DNA of 64,000 nt, taken from an uncultured Porphyromonadaceae bacterium (GTDB lineage Bacteria; Bacteroidota; Bacteroidia; Bacteroidales; UBA12481). Of this stretch, positions 1 to 10,429 are shown piece by piece. The position numbers and the translations under genes are program-made. The notes beneath the pieces were generated by a model. It had not been told where the DNA came from, made no database searches, and was given only the letters and a program-made list of their open reading frames with translations. The DNA is taken from contig CAYWHP010000001.1 of the NCBI GenBank assembly GCA_964457845.1, forward strand, positions 18,015 to 82,014, read 5' to 3'. The stretch's first letter is position 1. Every line of letters starts with the position of its first letter.

Positions 1-364
1 TCAGGACATCTGCAAGACAGGTTTGCATGGCGGTAATATGATCCTTCAGTTTGGGTTTCTCGAGGCAGACCGTGGCGTCAATATTCCCGATCTCCCAGCC
101 ATGCTCACGTATCATCTTAGCTGTTTTTCTTAGTAAGATCCTGCTGTCGATGTCTTTGAGCTCCGGGGAGGTGTCCGGAAAATGGTATCCGATGTCCCGC
201 AGAGCCAGCGCACCCAAAAGGGCGTCGCAAATGGCGTGAATCAGCGCATCTCCGTCGGAATGACCCAGCGTACCTTTAATAAATGGAATTTCAATGCCTC
301 CGAGTACGAGCCTCCGGCCTTCAACGAGCCGGTGAACATCATATCCGAAACCGATTCGGTGCAT
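1..364 (-). CDS. ispF: 2-C-methyl-D-erythritol 2,4-cyclodiphosphate synthase (3' partial, runs off window start)
   Basis: Reverse translation from the ATG at 362-364 gives [62 protein letters not shown], with the IspF signatures DVHR and HSDGD. It is absent from the ORF track because there is no stop in the window. The ATG overlaps the porV stop (TAATG). Confidence 0.9.
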   Translation of the reverse strand, partial: MHRIGFGYDVHRLVEGRRLVLGGIEIPFIKGTLGHSDGDALIHAICDALLGALALRDIGYHFPDTSPELKDIDSRILLRKTAKMIREHGWEIGNIDATVCLEKPKLKDHITAMQTCLADVL

Positions 365-1560
365 TACTTTTTACCGTTAAGACCGGCAAAGTCGAACAGC
401 AGGCTGAACCGCAAGGTGTTGGCCAATGGATTATTCTGATAGATAGGAACGAGATAGGCAAAGTCGAGGCCGAATACGTTAAGTCGTAATCCGATACCGA
501 CGGTGAAAAACTTCCGGTTACCCTTTGTTCCGTCTTCATAAAAAAAGCCGCCACGGATGGCGAACTGCTTGGCATACCAGTACTCCAGACCGGCCGCATA
601 GGTGATCTCCTTCATCTCTTCGCCGAAGCCGCCGGGAGCATCGTAAAAGGAGTGAAACATCCCAACAGCTACGGAAACGTTCGGATCGAATCCGGACTCA
701 ATGATCGGATCGCCGCCGGCGTCCACGGAATCCCTGTAATAGAGTGGTGGTGACGGCACCAGGAGCTTGTTGACATCCACGGCCGCAGTCAGGCTGTTGT
801 AATCATCGAAATCAATGGTGAAGGCTGTTCCGATCCTCAAATTGATCGGGATAAAGTCCTTGTCGGAGTTTTGGGTGTAGGAAATCTTTGCACCTATGTT
901 CGAGATATTGAAGCCGAAGGCCCATGTAGCATCATAATCTCTCAGCCTGAGGTCCTTATTTTGATAGAACATGGAAACATCAGCAGCATATGATGTGCCC
1001 GGATGGGACTCGATACCCCCTACATAGTAACCGCCGGTGAGGTTCGAATAGATGAACCGGAAGGCGAGGCTGCCCGATAACCTGTCGGAAAAGGAACGCG
1101 CGTAGGCAGCATCAACGGAAAACTCATTTGGGTTGAACTGCTGGGTGGTATTACCGACGACATCGGTAAACGTAATGTCTCCGAGTGAGAAATAAAGGAG
1201 GGAAACGCCGATTACCTGCTGTTTGTCAATTCTCTTATAACCAGATAGATAAGCGAGGTTGATATCGGGAATCAGTTTGCGCAACCAGGGGGTATAGGAA
1301 ATCGATAGTCCCATATCATTTGGGGCAAAAGCATATTTGGCCGGGTTCCAATGCATGGAGTTGGCATCTGTTGATATGGCCACACCCACATCACCCATGC
1401 CGCCTGATCTGGAATCAGGTGCTATGGTTAAAAAGGGTACTGCCGTGGTAACCGTATTGATTTTTCCCGACAGCTGGTCAGTATTGATCTGACCGGCTGC
1501 GGGCCTAAACAGGGCTGTTAAACCCAAAAGAACAAGGATGAAGTTTGGCCCAACTTTCAT
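364..1560 (-). CDS. porV: type IX secretion system outer membrane channel protein PorV (LptO)
   Basis: 398 aa with a signal peptide. The N-terminal [23 protein letters not shown] block is typical of PorV. It has a beta-barrel-like alternating pattern and lies directly downstream of porU, as in other Bacteroidota. Confidence 0.85.
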   Translation of the reverse strand: MKVGPNFILVLLGLTALFRPAAGQINTDQLSGKINTVTTAVPFLTIAPDSRSGGMGDVGVAISTDANSMHWNPAKYAFAPNDMGLSISYTPWLRKLIPDINLAYLSGYKRIDKQQVIGVSLLYFSLGDITFTDVVGNTTQQFNPNEFSVDAAYARSFSDRLSGSLAFRFIYSNLTGGYYVGGIESHPGTSYAADVSMFYQNKDLRLRDYDATWAFGFNISNIGAKISYTQNSDKDFIPINLRIGTAFTIDFDDYNSLTAAVDVNKLLVPSPPLYYRDSVDAGGDPIIESGFDPNVSVAVGMFHSFYDAPGGFGEEMKEITYAAGLEYWYAKQFAIRGGFFYEDGTKGNRKFFTVGIGLRLNVFGLDFAYLVPIYQNNPLANTLRFSLLFDFAGLNGKK

Positions 1561-1579
1561 GTACTCTAAATTTTAGCTG

Positions 1580-1587
1580 CAAATATA
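1580..1587 (-). promoter_or_regulatory. candidate Bacteroidota -7 box (TATATTTG on minus strand) for porV
   Basis: The plus-strand sequence caaatata is TATATTTG on the minus strand and matches TAnnTTTG. It lies about 20 nt upstream of the porV ATG. Confidence 0.4.
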
Positions 1588-1665
1588 TAGATTTTATCCG
1601 TCTCACACGGGTAATCCCAACTCCAAAAACACGCAACCACCCGATTTATTGCGCGGTTCGAAAGA

Positions 1666-4600
1666 TTATTTAAGTATCACAAGTTTCTGGTAAGCCTCTT
1701 TCGACCGGCCATCCGCAGTTTTTATCTTAACCCGATAAAAGTAAGTGCCTCGTCCGATCCTGTCTCCGAAATCGTCGAGTCCGTCCCAGGCAATCGGACC
1801 AACCCGGAAGGAACCGGGATTTATCTGGGTCTGATCAGCCGACAGGAATTCAAAACTCCTGACAAGTTTGCCACTGAGCGTATATACCTGCAGCAGCACG
1901 TCGAGTGACTGCTGTCCCTGGTTGTGTTCGAAGTAGAAATCGGTATGGGTAGTAAAGGGGTTTGGGTAATTAAGCACGTGATCAATAACCAGTTCCGTGG
2001 ATTCCTTAACCGTGAAAGAGATCTCGGTTTCGCTGGAGTTGTTGAGGATATCCCATACCTTCATTTTTAAGGTGTGCTCTCCAGGCTCCAGCTTGCTGAT
2101 CGGATATTTCAGGCTTCCCGACCGGTACTGGTCAAGGTCACTTTCATAGTAATCATTCAGGACGATTGGATTTTGCTGGTTGCCATCGAGAATGGCAGTT
2201 ATATCATGGCCGATACCGTTACTAGTGGTGTTTACGCCGCTGTCGTCGCGGATCCGGGCCAGAAGTACCGGGTTCCCGTTGGTTATTCCACCACTCACAA
2301 AAGTGGTGTCGTTCATGAAAAGATCCAGCTTAGGCCCCTCTTTGTCGGTAATCGTACTGTTCGAGGCTCCTCCGATTAAAACGCTCTGGTTGACACCGTT
2401 GGCATCAATGTCAGATGAATTGCCGTAAAAACTGAGCTTTCCGGTTCCGATCCTGTATGATATGTCCTTGGGGACGATGAAGTCGAACATGAATTCGCCG
2501 TTTTTCACACTGGCCTTTCCACGGAAGAGGATACTGTTCCTAACCACGAACTCCATAACCGGGCCACCATCATTTGCGAGATTGGTCATGGCGACCTCTT
2601 TATCGTATACAGTCGGCAGCACAACGCCGCTGAAATTGGTTAGTTTATTTCCCTGAAGGTCGTTCACGTAACCGCCGATCCTTGCCTTGTCCAGCGCTTT
2701 CAGCGTGTCCCTGAATTCACCGACGGGTTTGCCATTGATTGTTGTCATTGTGATCCCATACTCCGGATAGCTCATCACCAGGGCAGGGTCGCCGAGTAAG
2801 GTGAAATTAAGCTTGTTCTGCTCCTCGCCGACTGCATTTTTTGTGAGCCTCATGATGTCGCCCAGTGCCAGGCGTTTTCCATTCTCATCCCGGTTGAATG
2901 CATAATTATAAAACTCCCGGTTAAGCACGAAGTTCGGAGAGGAGTAAACAAGGCGGGTGGTGGTGAAGAGGGCTATTCCGCCGCCCGACGGATTTAAAAG
3001 AACCCATTCCCCGGCTGAAACAAGGGTTGGATCATCAAACCTGCTGAATTCGCAGGTTGCAGTCATAAACAAAGGCAGTCTTTCAGGGTTTTCCCAATTC
3101 TTGATGTCGGCAGTGGTAAGAATTTGTTCATGAGCGAGGCCGCGTTCGCTGCCATGCCCAAGATAGTTCATGATGAGGGCTCCTTTTTTCATGCGGTCGC
3201 CGATGGCCCGGTTCACTTCCGGATAACGGTCTCCGGTTGGCAATGTCACCTGTTGGTAGGCATCAAGAAAAATCTTGTCAATATTGTATGCCGGCTGGCC
3301 AACCTTTAGAAGGTCGGCGAGTGTGTTTGCATCCCGCATGTGCGTGTTCCCATCCTCGTCGTCGCCGATGAAGCAAACCAAATTACGCCAGTCGCCAAGT
3401 GCAGATGCTGCATGGTATGTTCTAACCTTCTCAACCATGATTGATGCTTCTGTTTCCGAGAGGACAGGGAAACGGCCTATGCCCAGGTCAAGAAGGCCCG
3501 CCTCGATATCTTCACCCGTATCGAGAAGTCCGAAGAAATCGTCGGTCAGGTATGAACTGGTCGGATAGAGTGATTCAAGCGACTGATAGGTAGGGAGGAT
3601 ACTGGGGAAATCTTTGATTGTAAGCTTGTTGTCAAACGAACCATCTCCAAAGAACAGCAGATATTTCAGACGGAAGGAGGCGGGACCGGAGCGGTCGTAA
3701 AACATTTTCAGAAAATCCCGAATCGCAGTAACATCAGGTATGCCTGAGGAATACTCATTATAAATCTGCGAAGGCGATACAAGCTTGACAGTGAGGTCAT
3801 CATGTGTTTTATGAAAATCAGCCAGTTCCTGAGCCTGAGATTTCAGGTCGTCGTGCACAAGGATGATCATATCCGGGCTGTCCATGCCATGCAGGTTCTG
3901 CGGTGAAACGAGGCCAAGCCCGTCGCCCGAGTAGACGGGTACCGGCAGCGATACTGATCCCGGATCAAAGACAATGTATTCCCTGAGTATGTCGGCTGCA
4001 GCGGTAAATTCCACTCCACCGTCAACAGGAGTCGTTATCTGCTGGCGGACATTGTTCAGTTCTGTAACATCCCATATCTGGTTGCTTGCCGATGCCTGTG
4101 CAATTCTGTACCGGTTAACTTTACCGGCACCAATCTCTCTGGCCTCCCGGAACGAAAGCTGACCGCCATCAAAAACCAGGTTGCAGCGGGCATTGAGGGT
4201 CATGTAATCAAGCCAGCCCTCAGCTGCCGGATTGCTCGGGACAAATTGCAGATTGATCCGGAAAGATTCAGCAGCAGGGACAAAGGTGCTGTTCGATGTA
4301 GCAGTGGAAGCATAAAGTGCTTCGTAATTGTCGGTATAGACTCCTGCCAGTTCAACCGTTTCGAAACGGGTGTCATCATGTAGCAGATAGAATCTCGAAT
4401 TTGAACTCGTTTTTGGCGACCTGGCCCATAGCGAGGCGGTGAGATTTACCGGTTCACCAGCGATCAGATGAGGAAAAGTGAATCCATAGCTATGCTTCAG
4501 CTGCATTGCAAAATGCGACCAGCACCACTGACGACCCGATTTGAGCAGGTTGAGGGAATCAATCTCCCGGTAATCGTAAGCAGAATAAGAGGTTACAGTC

Positions 4601-5505
4601 GCTGTAGGGGCCACCGTACTGCCTGCCTGGGACGTAACCCGTCTGCCGGGGCCAAGGTCTTCAGTAAGAAAGCAGCAGGAATAATCAGCATAGAGATGAA
4701 TGCGGTGATAAAATCTCTTTTTTGCCGCATCGTATTTCCAGGTTGCCACAGCTGAATAATAAAAAACGATATAATCCCCTTCGCCAAACTGGCCGTCAGC
4801 TCCCTTTTCCATGTATACGGGCACCTCCTGAAGGTCATCCGGTCGGGGTGTTTTCGAGTCGTAAGCGAGTTGCTGTCCTCCATTACCGTATACCCTGATG
4901 TTATCCGGATTGGAGATCCCCATTTTTTTCAGGTCACTGTAGGTGAGTTTCTGAATCCCCCCGGCAGCTATCCTGGCCTTGTACCATTTGCCCTGAGCCA
5001 GCACGGATGCTGAGGCATAGGTTTTGGTATCCGCAGCGGTTTTCACCTGCGGAGCTGCAGCAACCGGCCGGATCTCCGGGGTGAATTGCATCAGCCTTTC
5101 GATCTGCCCGGTGGCCGGGTTCTTGCGAAAAGGAATGAAGCTGTATACCGCGAAATTCGACTTGCGTTCGGTCATTACTTTTGTACGAACCACAATCGAT
5201 TCGGTGAAAACGGAGTCGCGGTAAGGAATCCAATCGGGATCACTGCCGTTTACGGGCTCAAATCGGACGTTCGTAAAAATTACTTCAGGCTTGATTCCTG
5301 TATTTCCCTTCCAGGAAAGGCGGTTGGAATACACTGGCAGAGCGGTATTGCCGTTTGGAAAAATGGCCTTGTCGAATCGTCTGACCGAATTCCAGTTGAT
5401 TTTGACAGGTTGCTGTTCTTGACAATAACTATTAGTAAATGAGAATATTAAAAATATTCCCAGGTACACAAAGATTCGTAAAATTCGCACAATATGCTTA
5501 CCCAT
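1666..5505 (-). CDS. porU: type IX secretion system sortase PorU (C25 gingipain-like peptidase domain)
   Basis: 1279 aa with a signal peptide. It has a C25-type His/Cys dyad context (NYLGHGSERG ... LFMTATCEFSRFDDP) and a C-terminal beta-sandwich tail. The gldJ / porU-porV synteny is present. Confidence 0.85.
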   Translation of the reverse strand: MGKHIVRILRIFVYLGIFLIFSFTNSYCQEQQPVKINWNSVRRFDKAIFPNGNTALPVYSNRLSWKGNTGIKPEVIFTNVRFEPVNGSDPDWIPYRDSVFTESIVVRTKVMTERKSNFAVYSFIPFRKNPATGQIERLMQFTPEIRPVAAAPQVKTAADTKTYASASVLAQGKWYKARIAAGGIQKLTYSDLKKMGISNPDNIRVYGNGGQQLAYDSKTPRPDDLQEVPVYMEKGADGQFGEGDYIVFYYSAVATWKYDAAKKRFYHRIHLYADYSCCFLTEDLGPGRRVTSQAGSTVAPTATVTSYSAYDYREIDSLNLLKSGRQWCWSHFAMQLKHSYGFTFPHLIAGEPVNLTASLWARSPKTSSNSRFYLLHDDTRFETVELAGVYTDNYEALYASTATSNSTFVPAAESFRINLQFVPSNPAAEGWLDYMTLNARCNLVFDGGQLSFREAREIGAGKVNRYRIAQASASNQIWDVTELNNVRQQITTPVDGGVEFTAAADILREYIVFDPGSVSLPVPVYSGDGLGLVSPQNLHGMDSPDMIILVHDDLKSQAQELADFHKTHDDLTVKLVSPSQIYNEYSSGIPDVTAIRDFLKMFYDRSGPASFRLKYLLFFGDGSFDNKLTIKDFPSILPTYQSLESLYPTSSYLTDDFFGLLDTGEDIEAGLLDLGIGRFPVLSETEASIMVEKVRTYHAASALGDWRNLVCFIGDDEDGNTHMRDANTLADLLKVGQPAYNIDKIFLDAYQQVTLPTGDRYPEVNRAIGDRMKKGALIMNYLGHGSERGLAHEQILTTADIKNWENPERLPLFMTATCEFSRFDDPTLVSAGEWVLLNPSGGGIALFTTTRLVYSSPNFVLNREFYNYAFNRDENGKRLALGDIMRLTKNAVGEEQNKLNFTLLGDPALVMSYPEYGITMTTINGKPVGEFRDTLKALDKARIGGYVNDLQGNKLTNFSGVVLPTVYDKEVAMTNLANDGGPVMEFVVRNSILFRGKASVKNGEFMFDFIVPKDISYRIGTGKLSFYGNSSDIDANGVNQSVLIGGASNSTITDKEGPKLDLFMNDTTFVSGGITNGNPVLLARIRDDSGVNTTSNGIGHDITAILDGNQQNPIVLNDYYESDLDQYRSGSLKYPISKLEPGEHTLKMKVWDILNNSSETEISFTVKESTELVIDHVLNYPNPFTTHTDFYFEHNQGQQSLDVLLQVYTLSGKLVRSFEFLSADQTQINPGSFRVGPIAWDGLDDFGDRIGRGTYFYRVKIKTADGRSKEAYQKLVILK

Positions 5506-5703
5506 TTGGTCGTAATATTAGTCAAAAAACGCCACCCCGTTGCCTAAATTGTGCAAGGCGAAAATGCATGCCGGAAAAAATATTAACAATGCAGTCTTGA
5601 AAATAAACCGGCCCGGTGATCGTTATACCTCCGGCTTTCGCTGATTTTTTTATAATTTCGGCCGCAATTGTGACTGAAATCCAGCGTTAGTGAGAAAAAT
5701 AGT

Positions 5704-5711
5704 TATTTTTG
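5704..5711 (+). promoter_or_regulatory. candidate -7 box TATTTTTG for gldJ
   Basis: Matches TAnnTTTG and lies 29 nt upstream of the gldJ ATG at 5740, in the divergent porU/gldJ intergenic region. Confidence 0.4.
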
Positions 5712-5739
5712 TATTTTGATTTAATACCCTTTGAACGTC

Positions 5740-7218
5740 ATGAAAATCAGATCGTTTGTATTTATTCTGATCGCTTTTGGTTTGATCCTCTTTACGGGCG
5801 GATGCAAAAGCAGCATGAAATCTTCCAAAACCGGCTGGGAATATAATGATGCAAAAAACGGCGGCTACGAGTATATCGCCGGCTTCAATCAGCCTACGGG
5901 ACCCGGATTGGTTTTCGTTGAAGGCGGGACCTTCACCCTCGGCCGAGTTGCAGATGATGTGCGGTACGACTGGAATAATGTGCCGCGACGGGTCACGGTA
6001 TCGTCATTTTATATGGACGAAACGGAAGTAACAAATGCAGATTACCGGGAGTACCTCCACTGGCTCAAACGAGTGTACACGGATTATCCGCTTGTTTACC
6101 AGCAGGCAATGCCTGACACGCTGGTATGGAGGGGGGCATTGGCATTCAATGAGCCTATGACCGAGTATTACCTGCGCCATCCATCCTATAATGATTACCC
6201 GGTGGTTGGTGTTACCTGGATTCAGGCTACCCAATACTGCGACTGGCGGACAGACCGTGTTAACGAGGATATTCTGATCAAGGAAGGCATCCTGATGCAG
6301 GATCCCAACCAGACGAGCGCCAAGAACTTCAACACTGATGCCTATCTGGCAGGTCAGTATGAAGGTGTGGTAAAACAGGATCTCCCCAATCTTGACCCGA
6401 ATGCAAGTGTCAGGAAGGCTCGCATGGAAGATGGTTTCTTCTTCCCGAAATACAGGCTCCCAACCGAGGCGGAATGGGAATTTGCTGCCATGGGCCTTGT
6501 TGCCAAGGAAGAGGTTATCGACAATAAGAAAATGTATCCCTGGCGCGGCAACTATGCACGGAATGAGCAGAAATCAAAGCGTGGTGACCTGATGGCCAAT
6601 TTCGTCAGGGGACGGGGTGACTATATGGGTGTGTCGGGTTCACTGAATGATGCCTATCCGTTCACTTCGCCTGTGAAAACCTACCTCCCGAACGACTATG
6701 GCTTGTATGATATGGCTGGTAACGTTAATGAATGGGTACTGGATGTTTACCGCCCGCTCTCCTCGGTTGAAATTGATGAATTGAGTCCTTATCGCGGAAA
6801 CGTATTCACTGTTCAGCAACGTGATGCTGATGGCAATATAGCCGAAAAGGATTCACTCGGTAAGATCCCGACCCGCGTTATGACTCCGGAAGAGAACAAG
6901 AAGCGGATGAACTACAAGCGGTCGGATAACCGCAACTACCGTGATGGTGATGCGCAGTCGAGCCTCGGATTCAATATGGGTGCTGAAGACAATGCAAAAA
7001 GCACGGAACGGATGTACTTTGGCGGCACAGGTCCCGACAAAACCGGAATTTCCAGCGATATTACCGATCAGTCAAGGGTTTATAAGGGAGGTTCATGGCG
7101 CGATCGCGCCTACTGGATGGTTCCGGGAACCCGCCGTTACCTTGACGAGTCGAAGTCAACTGATGATATCGGTTTCCGCTGTGCCATGTCACGCCTTGGC
7201 AAGGCCGATGGCCGTTAA
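5740..7218 (+). CDS. gldJ: gliding motility lipoprotein GldJ (SUMF1/FGE-like fold)
   Basis: ATG at 5740; the track start at 5731 is a TTG three codons upstream. It has a lipoprotein signal (LFTGGC) and FGE-sulfatase-like motifs: RLPTEAEWEFAA, GNVNEWV, YKGGSWRD, GFRCA. It is adjacent and divergent to porU-porV. Confidence 0.8.
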   Translation: MKIRSFVFILIAFGLILFTGGCKSSMKSSKTGWEYNDAKNGGYEYIAGFNQPTGPGLVFVEGGTFTLGRVADDVRYDWNNVPRRVTVSSFYMDETEVTNADYREYLHWLKRVYTDYPLVYQQAMPDTLVWRGALAFNEPMTEYYLRHPSYNDYPVVGVTWIQATQYCDWRTDRVNEDILIKEGILMQDPNQTSAKNFNTDAYLAGQYEGVVKQDLPNLDPNASVRKARMEDGFFFPKYRLPTEAEWEFAAMGLVAKEEVIDNKKMYPWRGNYARNEQKSKRGDLMANFVRGRGDYMGVSGSLNDAYPFTSPVKTYLPNDYGLYDMAGNVNEWVLDVYRPLSSVEIDELSPYRGNVFTVQQRDADGNIAEKDSLGKIPTRVMTPEENKKRMNYKRSDNRNYRDGDAQSSLGFNMGAEDNAKSTERMYFGGTGPDKTGISSDITDQSRVYKGGSWRDRAYWMVPGTRRYLDESKSTDDIGFRCAMSRLGKADGR

Positions 7219-7221
7219 GAG

Positions 7222-8517
7222 TTGAACACAGAAGAGTTTTATAGTATTTATCTGCGTTTTCCGCAGATATGCACCGACAGCCGGAAGTCAAAGCCCGGCT
7301 GTCTCTATTTTGCCCTCAGGGGAGACCTGTTCGACGGGAATGCGTTTGCTGCTGATTCTCTTCAGGCCGGCTGTGAATTTGCCGTGGTGGATGATCCATC
7401 TGTAGCTGTTGATGACCGGTATATTGTGGTACGCGATGTTCTTGCCTTTCTTCAGGAGCTGGCATCTTACCACCGCGACAACCTGACAATTCCTGTTTTG
7501 GGCCTGACAGGAACCAACGGAAAAACTACTACCAAGGAACTGATTCATTCGGTTTTAAAGCAGAAATTCCGGGTGGTTGCCACGCAGGGCAACCTCAATA
7601 ACCATATCGGGGTTCCATTGACGGTGCTTGAGGCAGAACCGGAAACCGAAATACTTGTTGTTGAAATGGGGGCCAATCACCCGGGTGAGATTGCTTCCCT
7701 GTGCAGTATCGCCAGGCCAGACTGGGGGCTGATCACCAATATCGGTAAAGCTCACCTCGAAGGATTCGGATCTTTCGAGGGGGTTATCAAAACCAAGAAT
7801 GAGCTTTATGAATGGATCCGGAAGTCGGGCGGCCAGCTGCTTCTTAATGGCGATGATGACCTACTTGTTAAGCTCGCGGATAAATACCCATCTTTCCGCT
7901 ACGGCACGCTGGGGGATCCGGATGTTCAGGGTTACGCCTCTGCAGATGGCAGAAATCTGGCCGTCGGATGGAAAAGCAGGGGAGATGAAGGATGTACAAC
8001 AATACTGAGCAACCTTACCGGAGGGTATAATTTGTACAACATACTGGCTGCTGTTTCTGCAGGTGTCTGCTTCGGACTCGACAGCAATCAGATCAACCGC
8101 GGGATAGCTTCGTATGTTCCCGAAAACATGCGATCGCAGTGGATTGATACGGAAAGGAACGCGGTTCTGCTGGATGCCTACAATGCCAATCCTTCCAGCA
8201 TGGAGCAGGCACTGAATCACTTTGCCGGACTTCCGGTTGACGGTAAAGTGGTGGTTTTGGGCGATATGTTTGAGCTGGGCGACCAATCAAATGCCGAGCA
8301 CCTCAGAATTCTTGACCTTGCATCCGGCCTGGGATTTGACAAAGTATTCATTGCCGGAACCCGGTTCGGACAATATTCAGCTGAATTCCCTTATCTCTTT
8401 TTTGAAACTACGGATGACCTGGATGCTTATCTGAAAGGGCATCCGGTCAGCGGGAAAACCATTCTGATCAAGGGTTCAAGAGGAATGCGAATGGAACGGT
8501 TGTTACCGAACTTTTAG
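7222..8517 (+). CDS. murF: UDP-N-acetylmuramoyl-tripeptide--D-alanyl-D-alanine ligase
   Basis: Has the Mur ligase P-loop GLTGTNGKTTTKE and the N-terminal TDSR...LYFALRGDLFDGNAFA block. The start must be the TTG at 7222: there is an in-frame TAA at 7216-7218 and no internal ATG until well past the conserved N-terminus. Confidence 0.9.
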   Translation: MNTEEFYSIYLRFPQICTDSRKSKPGCLYFALRGDLFDGNAFAADSLQAGCEFAVVDDPSVAVDDRYIVVRDVLAFLQELASYHRDNLTIPVLGLTGTNGKTTTKELIHSVLKQKFRVVATQGNLNNHIGVPLTVLEAEPETEILVVEMGANHPGEIASLCSIARPDWGLITNIGKAHLEGFGSFEGVIKTKNELYEWIRKSGGQLLLNGDDDLLVKLADKYPSFRYGTLGDPDVQGYASADGRNLAVGWKSRGDEGCTTILSNLTGGYNLYNILAAVSAGVCFGLDSNQINRGIASYVPENMRSQWIDTERNAVLLDAYNANPSSMEQALNHFAGLPVDGKVVVLGDMFELGDQSNAEHLRILDLASGLGFDKVFIAGTRFGQYSAEFPYLFFETTDDLDAYLKGHPVSGKTILIKGSRGMRMERLLPNF

Positions 8518-9533
8518 CGCATCAGATCGCTAAACTTCCGTATTCCCTTCAGGTAGAAGGCCAAAACGATGCTTCCGCTGAACCAGCCTGAAATTGAAGC
8601 CGGTGTAGGATGTACCGGGCCTTCATAGTCACGGTATTCTTTCCTCCAGATCCTGTAATAGTGAATATGTGCCTTCACTACTGCCATAAAAAACAGGGGT
8701 TTCCCACGGAAGAGGTATTGAAAGGCAGCCACACCGTCGAGTACCTTTCTGATTAGCAGGATACGGAAACGCGCATTTGAAGGCAGATTCTTGCGAAGCA
8801 GGATGAGGTTGTTCCTGAAATTCAGGAATAGTTTTCGGGGACTTTCGTTGGGCAGGGCACCACCACCAACATGATAGATTAGGGATTCCGGACAATACCA
8901 AACTTCGTATCCCAGCGAATGAAGTCTCCAGCACAAATCGATCTCTTCCATATGGGCAAAGAATACTGGATCCAGTCCTCCAGCCTTTCGGTATGCTTCC
9001 GTGCGAACCATGAGGCATGCCCCGGAGGCCCAGAATACCTGCTCAGGCTGGTTGTACTGCCCCAGGTCCTGTTCAATTGAACTGAATATCCTGCCGCGGC
9101 AGAAGGGGTAGCCGTAGCTGTCGATCCAACCTCCTGCGGCGCCGGCGTATTCGAATGATGCCCGGTCGCTGAAGCTCCGAAGGCGTGGCGCTGCCGCACC
9201 GGCATCAGGGTGCATCTCCATAAAACCGACAAGTGCCGTGAGCCAGCCCGCAGTAACTTCCACATCCGAGTTCAGCAGAATGACGTATGGAGTGGCAATG
9301 TTTTCAATGGCGATCCGGTAACCGCCTGCATACCCGTGATTGTGCCCCAGCGGATGAAGGATAACATCGGGATATTCGTTTTCGAGCCAGCCAAGCGTCC
9401 CGTCACTGCTGCCATTGTCCGCTACAATAATATCGGCAATTTCGGCCGGCGTATTGGCAGCAAGCGGAGCCATAAACTGTTTCAGCCATGACAGGCTGTT
9501 CCAGCCGAGTATGATGACGGACACTTTTTTCAT
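8514..9533 (-). CDS. glycosyltransferase family 2 protein
   Basis: 339 aa with an N-terminal GT-A pattern (VSVIILGWNS ... ADNGSSDGT ... LNSDVEV). Overlaps the murF stop by 4 nt in convergent orientation. Confidence 0.8.
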   Translation of the reverse strand: MKKVSVIILGWNSLSWLKQFMAPLAANTPAEIADIIVADNGSSDGTLGWLENEYPDVILHPLGHNHGYAGGYRIAIENIATPYVILLNSDVEVTAGWLTALVGFMEMHPDAGAAAPRLRSFSDRASFEYAGAAGGWIDSYGYPFCRGRIFSSIEQDLGQYNQPEQVFWASGACLMVRTEAYRKAGGLDPVFFAHMEEIDLCWRLHSLGYEVWYCPESLIYHVGGGALPNESPRKLFLNFRNNLILLRKNLPSNARFRILLIRKVLDGVAAFQYLFRGKPLFFMAVVKAHIHYYRIWRKEYRDYEGPVHPTPASISGWFSGSIVLAFYLKGIRKFSDLMR

Positions 9534-9542
9534 TCGGCTAAT

Positions 9543-10415
9543 TTACTGCTCGTGGGGATATTTCCATCGCCGGTGTGACCAGAGCCAGAGACCTGGATCC
9601 TTTCGAATGGATTGTTCCAGCGCTGATGCGAATTTTCTTGTCAGATCACCGTCGGGCAATGTGCTTCTGCCGTCGTGGAGTAATTTTGCCTGAACCTCAT
9701 ACCTGGCAAATCCTTTTTTTGACTGCTCCATATAGTAAACCGGTAACCCGAAACGGCGGGACAGCTTTTCGCCGCCGGTGAAAAAGGCGGTGTCCTGGTT
9801 AAGGAACCTTGTCCAGAAGCGGATGTCAGGGCGTGCCGGGATCTGATCGGCCACAAGCAGCAGAGCGAACGGGGCATTGCCGGATTCAATTTCACCGGAA
9901 ACCTTGCGGAATGTTTCTTTCATGGTAATCAGGCTGATGCCTGGCTTCAAACGGATCAGGGCCATCAGTTGGTCGGCAAAACTGCTGACCTGTGGCTTGT
10001 ATACCGCCATCACCCGGTATCCCGATGACAGCATGGGAAGCAGATTCCACTCCCAGTTCCCATAATGGCCCGCCATTACAATAATATTTTCGCCCCGGCT
10101 GCAGGCTTCGGCAAGCATCTCCGGGTTCACCGGCCTGATCCGGCGAGTATTCGGCTTCAGCCGCGTAAACATGGCCATCTCGAAAAAAAGTTCGGAAAAA
10201 TGGCGCTGAAACCTTCCGACAGCACGTTCCCTGTCGGAGGGTGACAGTTCAGGAAGCGAACGCAGCAGATTGGATTCTATCACATCCTGCCGGTACCTGA
10301 GAAACAGAAACGCAACAGCATGGATGATGTGCGTGAAGAATTGCATGATAAACCCGGGCAACCAGGATAATATCCGGATTATCAGCCAGGTTAGCCCGGG
10401 TAATAGGTTATTCAT
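9543..10415 (-). CDS. lipid A biosynthesis (Kdo)2-lipid IVA acyltransferase family protein (LpxL/HtrB-like)
   Basis: 290 aa with an N-terminal TM helix and the acyltransferase HX4E-type motif AGHYGNWEW, characteristic of the LpxL/HtrB family. Confidence 0.7.
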   Translation of the reverse strand: MNNLLPGLTWLIIRILSWLPGFIMQFFTHIIHAVAFLFLRYRQDVIESNLLRSLPELSPSDRERAVGRFQRHFSELFFEMAMFTRLKPNTRRIRPVNPEMLAEACSRGENIIVMAGHYGNWEWNLLPMLSSGYRVMAVYKPQVSSFADQLMALIRLKPGISLITMKETFRKVSGEIESGNAPFALLLVADQIPARPDIRFWTRFLNQDTAFFTGGEKLSRRFGLPVYYMEQSKKGFARYEVQAKLLHDGRSTLPDGDLTRKFASALEQSIRKDPGLWLWSHRRWKYPHEQ

Positions 10416-10429
10416 CGTGCTTGTGTGAT

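Noticed and set aside
2074-5442. Many plus-strand ORFs of 60-120 aa inside porU (for example 2074..2379, 3275..3568, 4468..4755, 5086..5442).
   Set aside because: They lie antisense within a 1279 aa gene that has clear family motifs. Their translations are low-complexity and Arg/Ser/Pro-rich, with no recognisable domains. These are typical shadow ORFs.
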